A stretch of 64,000 nt of DNA from Candidatus Poribacteria bacterium (GTDB lineage: Bacteria > Poribacteria > WGA-4E > PCPOR2b), in the NCBI GenBank assembly GCA_965215015.1, contig OZ244042.1, positions 5,824,001 to 5,888,000 of the forward strand, in the 5' to 3' direction. Below, in pieces: positions 59,208 through 64,000 of the stretch (the first letter of the stretch is position 1; each line of letters begins with the position of its first letter). A program made the translations under genes and the position numbers. The notes below the pieces were generated by a model. It was not told the origin of the DNA. It made no database searches and saw nothing but the letters and a program-made list of their open reading frames with translations.

Positions 59208-59735
59208 TCAACTATCGTTGGCTCTTGGTGGGTTCTGACCATGATGTGTTAAGTGGTTGATATGGTTCTGGTTAAGTTGTCGGAGGCTCGCTTCTATGTC
59301 CGATAGCCGCTGATTCATCTCAGTAAAACGATGATTCGTTTCGGCTTGCATATCAGATAAACGCTGATTCATCTCAGTAAAACGATGATTGGTTTCGGCT
59401 TGCATCTCAGTAAAACGATGATTGGTTTCGGCTTGCATATCAGATAAACGCTGATTGGTTTCGGCTTGCATGTCAGATAATCGTTGATTGGTATCATCAA
59501 TGCGCTTGTTTGTCTCGTCGAATCGCTGGTTCATGCTGCCGATGACTTCAACGAAACGCTTGTCCATCCGGTCTTCGAGCCGTTCAAACGCGTGAAAGAG
59601 CGTCTCACTATATTTGTCTATCTTCTTATCGTTTTGCCCAATGCGGTAGAACATAATCGCTACATTCCCAATGAACGCAACGACAGCGAATGCCACCAGT
59701 ATCAGGTGACTTGGGCTCCAGTCTGCAAAGCTCAT
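59208..59735 (-). CDS. Membrane-anchored coiled-coil repeat protein, copy 2 (175 aa)
   Basis: Paralog of copy 1 with a different repeat order. Confidence 0.8.
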   Translation of the reverse strand: MSFADWSPSHLILVAFAVVAFIGNVAIMFYRIGQNDKKIDKYSETLFHAFERLEDRMDKRFVEVIGSMNQRFDETNKRIDDTNQRLSDMQAETNQRLSDMQAETNHRFTEMQAETNHRFTEMNQRLSDMQAETNHRFTEMNQRLSDIEASLRQLNQNHINHLTHHGQNPPRANDS

Positions 59736-59880
59736 TTGTATCGTCTCCTTCCTTTTGGCCGCTGGAGTTTGTCGGATGATTATTACTGTCTGCATCGTCA
59801 ATTGTCGCAGACTAACGGATACCACGGATTCAAAAATAGCCAATCAACTCAGAGAAGGGAATCGCTAGATACCTTCCCAC

Positions 59881-59987
59881 TCAGCTCTGAAACGCGTCGG
59901 AAACTAATTGTGCGCCGCGGATGCGGTCTAAGGTGGCCCCGCGGCTGAGCGATTATGTTCTAACGATTACCCTGTTTAGGCTCATTA
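59881..59987 (-). pseudogene. Decayed, internally deleted copy of the DUF4276-like gene
   Basis: 3' end, middle fragment and 5' end of 60599-61228 joined directly. Confidence 0.7.
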
Positions 59988-60078
59988 GCCGCAAACCTAA
60001 CAATCAGCTAACAGAGAGACTAACAGACAGTTTTAAGCCAGGAGGTTATAAATCTTTTTGTTCAGCAAAAAGCCAACA

Positions 60079-60453
60079 TCAACTATCGTTGGCTCTTGGT
60101 GGGTTCTGCCCATGATGTGTTAAGTGGTTGATATGGTTCTGGTTGAGTTTGCTCATTTCGACTTGCATATCAGACAATCTCTGATTCATTTCAGTTCGGA
60201 CGCCTGCGATCTCAGTTCGGACGCTTGCGATTTCGGTTCGCAAGCCTGCGATTTGCTGATTGACTTCAACGAATCGCTTGTCCATCCGTTCCTCGAGGCG
60301 TTCGATGGCATGAAGGAATGTAGCGACTTGCTTCTCTTGCCGTTTTTCGCTCTGCCCCATGCGATAGAACATGACAGCGACATGCCCAATGAACGCAACG
60401 ACAGCGAATGCCACCAGTATCAGGTGACTTGGGCTCCAGTCTGCAAAACTCAT
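60079..60453 (-). CDS. Membrane-anchored coiled-coil repeat protein, copy 3 (124 aa)
   Basis: Same N and C termini; shorter stalk with IAxxRTE heptads. Confidence 0.8.
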   Translation of the reverse strand: MSFADWSPSHLILVAFAVVAFIGHVAVMFYRMGQSEKRQEKQVATFLHAIERLEERMDKRFVEVNQQIAGLRTEIASVRTEIAGVRTEMNQRLSDMQVEMSKLNQNHINHLTHHGQNPPRANDS

Positions 60454-60598
60454 TTGTATCGTGTCCTTCCTTTTGGCCGCTGGAGTTTGGCGGATGATTA
60501 TTACTGTCTGCATCGTCAATTGTCGCAGACTAACGGATAGCACGCATTCAAAAATAGCCAATCAACTCAGAGAAGGGAATCGCTAGATACCTTCCCAC

Positions 60599-61228
60599 TC
60601 AGCTCTGAAAAACATCGGAAACTAATTGTGCGCCGCGGAGGCAGTCTAATGTTCTCTTCAGACTTGGAGATACAACAGCAGCACGTGCCAAATCCCAGTG
60701 GGTTTGTACGAATTCACTGAGGCAATTGTTATATTCAGGACCTACTATTGCGGTCGTCGCTCTTGGTGCAGGCACTAGCCGATCCCGCAATCTTGTCTTC
60801 TTACTCCTTCGGGCAAGTGAGACCAGAAATTCTTTGGGATTGTCTATATCGTCTGTGTTGGACGGAATCCGATTGACTGGTATTGATAGAAATTTTGCGA
60901 GGGCACTCCGATCCGCCATAATCCAAGATTCGACTTCCATGACCGCAACGCGAAAGAAAAAACCAGAATTTAGAGGGCCTCTAACCCAAGATTGGATGAG
61001 CTGTGGCGGACAATTTTGGGGAGAATCCAAATCTGTTAACATAAACATATAAGGTGGCCCCGCAGCTGAGCGATTCAGTTCTACGGCTCTTCTTTGAAGG
61101 TAAGAATTCCCTTGATATATATTTGGGATTCTTTGCACAATTTCGATACCAAAATGCTTTAGAATTTTAGTCGAAACTGCATTGCTTAGTGCATCCTCAA
61201 CTGCAAGGATTACGCTGTTTAGGCTCAT
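60599..61228 (-). CDS. DUF4276-like (TOPRIM-like) partner of the ABC ATPase
   Basis: AVED, TDLD, EVESW.MAD, PKE, SPSL motifs; TAATG overlap with the ATPase gene. Confidence 0.7.
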   Translation of the reverse strand: MSLNSVILAVEDALSNAVSTKILKHFGIEIVQRIPNIYQGNSYLQRRAVELNRSAAGPPYMFMLTDLDSPQNCPPQLIQSWVRGPLNSGFFFRVAVMEVESWIMADRSALAKFLSIPVNRIPSNTDDIDNPKEFLVSLARRSKKTRLRDRLVPAPRATTAIVGPEYNNCLSEFVQTHWDLARAAVVSPSLKRTLDCLRGAQLVSDVFQS

Positions 61229-62379
61229 TATAGGAAACTCAACTGTTCAGCATTTTCGGGTTTGGCTCTTGAAAGCACGGCTTCACTGACTGTCAATCCA
61301 GCCTCAAGGAGTGTCCGCACTTCAACAATATCAGAGGCTATTTCGACTGCGGTTCCCTCTTTTGCAGGCGTGAGCAAAAGCACCTCCCTTCCATCGATGC
61401 CCGGGTCTGTCAGAAGCGCATCGCTATGTGTGCTAACAAAGACCTGGCGCCGCCGGCTTCTTTGTATGTTAGAAATAAGTGCCGCGAGCTGTGATACAAC
61501 GCCCGCGTTTAATGAGAGTTCGGGTTCCTCCAATAAGAGGACCGACTCACTTTCAAGGAGTGCCCATAATAGCCCCAGAAGCCGCAGCGTCCCGTCAGAA
61601 AATTGATCTTCGCGCTGCCGACCTGCATTTGGACACCAGTGGGAATAAAGTGCCTGTAAATGGGGGCGCCCAGTGGTTTCGTCGCGAATAAATTCCAAAC
61701 CCTCAAGTTGAGGCACAGCAATTTTGAGGACTTGCTCGATTCTTCTTAGGCGTGAACGGCGGGTTTTTTCCGGGACACTCGCTACCCTTTCAAGGAACCC
61801 TTGCCCAAACGGGTCGTCTTCAACGATTCTTCCCTGAATCGAATCGGCAAACCGTAAGAGTTGAGGAACCAGATGCAAGTATGTGATGGTCTGAAGGAAA
61901 CGCGCTATTTCCCGAAATTCGGCATTGACATTAATCTGCTCGAGAAAGGTCTGCGTGAGCCGCTCTTCATCCGCTTTATCTTCTCCATTGGGCCTACTAA
62001 GGAGCTGTTCACCATCTTTCCACACGCATTCATGAGTGAGATAGGTCCGGCGGTGTCCACGCGTTTCTTGGCGAAATCCGAGTCCATATATCCAGGTTGC
62101 AGAGGAATCCGAATCGTCCGCAAGGTGAATTTCAATTGTAACTTCTGGATCGCGCCGCGCTGCCAAGCTACGGATTTTAGAAACACCCCCTCGATCTTTA
62201 ACAGCTTTCTGAAAGCCCCCTCCCTCCGCTTTTACGATATCTCGAAGAAAACGAAAAATGTCAAGGAGGTTAGATTTTCCGGACGCGTTCGCGCCAATGA
62301 TAAACTGGCGTTCGCTAAGACGCACACCAATCTGTTGAAAATTACGCCAGTTTTTCGCTATGAGCTGACTGATTATCAT
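61228..62379 (-). CDS. AAA_21/ABC-type (SMC/OLD-like) ATPase
   Basis: KNWRNF, GANASGKS, SDGTLR, LLLEEPE, STHS. Confidence 0.88.
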   Translation of the reverse strand: MIISQLIAKNWRNFQQIGVRLSERQFIIGANASGKSNLLDIFRFLRDIVKAEGGGFQKAVKDRGGVSKIRSLAARRDPEVTIEIHLADDSDSSATWIYGLGFRQETRGHRRTYLTHECVWKDGEQLLSRPNGEDKADEERLTQTFLEQINVNAEFREIARFLQTITYLHLVPQLLRFADSIQGRIVEDDPFGQGFLERVASVPEKTRRSRLRRIEQVLKIAVPQLEGLEFIRDETTGRPHLQALYSHWCPNAGRQREDQFSDGTLRLLGLLWALLESESVLLLEEPELSLNAGVVSQLAALISNIQRSRRRQVFVSTHSDALLTDPGIDGREVLLLTPAKEGTAVEIASDIVEVRTLLEAGLTVSEAVLSRAKPENAEQLSFL

Positions 62380-62509
62380 AACGGTAACTCCCAATAGCTT
62401 TGTGTAGATTTCCCAAAGTAGCAGACCCGCCCCGCGGGGGGATTCTTAGGGGGTGTCGGGCGATCTATGGTTGGATTGCCTTACCGCAAACTCAAGTGTC
62501 TAACTCCTA

Positions 62510-62935
62510 TTACATTTCGATTATGACAAACACGCACATGATGAAACCAATCTCCACTATATAAAAAATAACAAGAGTGATAGAAAAGATTGCAGCTATC
62601 CAGCTACATTTGGGCTTGTTTTTGTGCTTCGTAGGATTCATCTCGAAATCGGTATCGGATTGAACTCTGATTTCATCGTATACCTGTCGAAATAACCTCT
62701 CCTGCCAGAGAAAGTATCCGTCCAGAATCCAAAATCCTAGGACGGGGAGAATAAGCACCAAGACAAAATATGGGTCAAAATCTGGGTTTTGTATGTTCTG
62801 TCTGGTGATTAAAACCATCGCTGCAACAATGATGGTCATGCTCCAACTTTTGACTAAGAAACTGTTGCTTCCCAAACGGTTAATAACAGCTTGGGTCATT
62901 TTCAAATGTTCTACGACCTTTTCTGTACAGTTCAT
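62510..62935 (-). CDS. Small multi-pass membrane protein next to the TIR gene (candidate effector)
   Basis: HL...Q.VI.RL..NSF..K.W, FW.LDGY.L..ER.FR..YD; about 3 TM segments. Confidence 0.7.
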   Translation of the reverse strand: MNCTEKVVEHLKMTQAVINRLGSNSFLVKSWSMTIIVAAMVLITRQNIQNPDFDPYFVLVLILPVLGFWILDGYFLWQERLFRQVYDEIRVQSDTDFEMNPTKHKNKPKCSWIAAIFSITLVIFYIVEIGFIMCVFVIIEM

Positions 62936-63024
62936 GGGTTTATCCTCCAATTTTGAAATGTGGTAGCCTAACCATAAAGCTAGTATCCTTTTGAGGACTT
63001 CCTCTACAATGAAGATTTCCTCGT

Positions 63025-63693
63025 TTACCCTTGCACCGTTTTCGTTATATTGTAATCACCTATCCTTTCTCTTATACCTTCTGCTGTTTCAAGATAATAT
63101 TCTTTGTTTTCTATAAAATCGCCCCATTTAACCGAATCAATGTAGGAGCTATGGCCCATATAAACAGGGTTGCTAGGAGGATGGCGTAGGCAGTTGTTAA
63201 ACGTAGGTCTTTTTATGTTAAACATATTATCTCGTAGTATCTGAAAGAGACTAAGGGTCTTTAGAACTCTGCAATGGCAAGAAGGGCAGGTATCATCTTC
63301 AAGAAAGTAGCTATATGATGAATATTGGTCCGGCAAAACAACTGCTAATATCGCATTTGTTCGGCTTGTACGCCCATGCCGTACAATTTCTTTCAGAGAG
63401 TATGAAACTTCCCACGGAATCCATTGGTCAGATTCATTTTGCCTCGAATCTTTCATATTTGGTGAAATTAGGACAAGTGTTAAACTGCTGTCGTATATTT
63501 TGTCTTTTAGGTGAGATGCGATAGTTTCATCCTGAAATTCGCTTAAATCTTCATCACCTTCCCCTTTATAGATTTCATCATTTTCAAATAGCTCAATTAG
63601 TTCATCAACATAAGCACGGGCAGTTGTTCCCCCCCTAATAGACTGAACACTATCATCAGCATGTTTATAGGAAACAAAAATTTTTCTGGCCAT
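63025..63693 (-). CDS. TIR-domain protein (ThsB/DUF1863-like)
   Basis: [30 protein letters not shown] with the presumed catalytic Glu. Confidence 0.85.
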   Translation of the reverse strand: MARKIFVSYKHADDSVQSIRGGTTARAYVDELIELFENDEIYKGEGDEDLSEFQDETIASHLKDKIYDSSLTLVLISPNMKDSRQNESDQWIPWEVSYSLKEIVRHGRTSRTNAILAVVLPDQYSSYSYFLEDDTCPSCHCRVLKTLSLFQILRDNMFNIKRPTFNNCLRHPPSNPVYMGHSSYIDSVKWGDFIENKEYYLETAEGIRERIGDYNITKTVQG

Positions 63694-63848
63694 TTAGTTG
63701 TTACTCCTTATTAATTGCCCCGCTCCTCCATTGTCTGAATCGCGGATTGTCGCAGATTCAAAGATGGCACGAATTCAAGAATCCGCGCTATCGGTGTCAG
63801 TTGTTTAATCCAAGATTCGGACCATTTATTCTGTTGCTCCCGCCACAA

Positions 63849-64000
63849 TTAGAGCGGGCAGACTCCATCTACTTCGATGATAGGAGGCTCAACGTCTGTG
63901 TCCTGTCGAGGACAACGCCCTTTAAATCTGACTTGTAACTCTCTTGAGTTCAAAAGCTCTAAATCCAATTGAAGTACATCTTCAACCGTGTTTGAAAGTT
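63849..64000 (-). CDS. 3' end of a gene starting beyond the window
   Basis: Open frame ...LSNTVEDVLQLDLELLNSRELQVRFKGRCPRQDTDVEPPIIEVDGVCPL* running off the edge. Confidence 0.4.
   Translation of the reverse strand, partial: LSNTVEDVLQLDLELLNSRELQVRFKGRCPRQDTDVEPPIIEVDGVCPL

Noticed and set aside
58200-60460. Possible CRISPR array or DGR in the repeat-rich region
   Set aside because: The repeats are 21/33/54-bp in-frame coding modules without unique spacers; no cas or reverse transcriptase gene and no adenine-specific variation was evident
1-64000. tRNA, rRNA or known riboswitches (for example SAM or cobalamin upstream of the MetE-like or TonB genes)
   Set aside because: No recognisable consensus by eye; an Infernal/tRNAscan run would be needed to exclude them formally

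Overview
Bacterial chromosomal window of about 50% GC from a diderm. The PhyH paralog expansion, the scattered catabolic enzymes and the dense intergenic palindromic repeats suggest Candidatus Poribacteria or a similar lineage (inference only). Layout: (1) 0.1-4.7 kb, PhyH dioxygenase, creatininase, Tyr-rich lipoprotein plus FadL-like porin, and an internally deleted tnpB/IS605-type element. (2) 5.2-24.3 kb, a contiguous str-S10-spc-alpha ribosomal superoperon on the minus strand with a perfect sigma70 promoter; it lacks rpmD, adk, map and infA, and its S12 carries K43T and G92N. (3) 25-52 kb, catabolic genes: MoxR, three PhyH, BKACE/thioesterase/GMC, MFS, core MetE-like, frameshifted macrodomain, hydantoinase A, CocE, AKR, creatininase, enolase superfamily, amidohydrolase, a sigma4-only ORF and a TonB receptor. 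(4) 52.3-64 kb, a minus-strand defence-like island: TIR plus membrane protein, ABC-ATPase plus DUF4276-like partner, a threefold tandem array of membrane-anchored variable-length coiled-coil genes interleaved with decayed copies of the DUF4276-like gene, then Schlafen/AlbA_2, nucleoside deoxyribosyltransferase, an antitoxin-like protein and a PLD-SNF2 helicase. No rRNA, tRNA or CRISPR array was seen.
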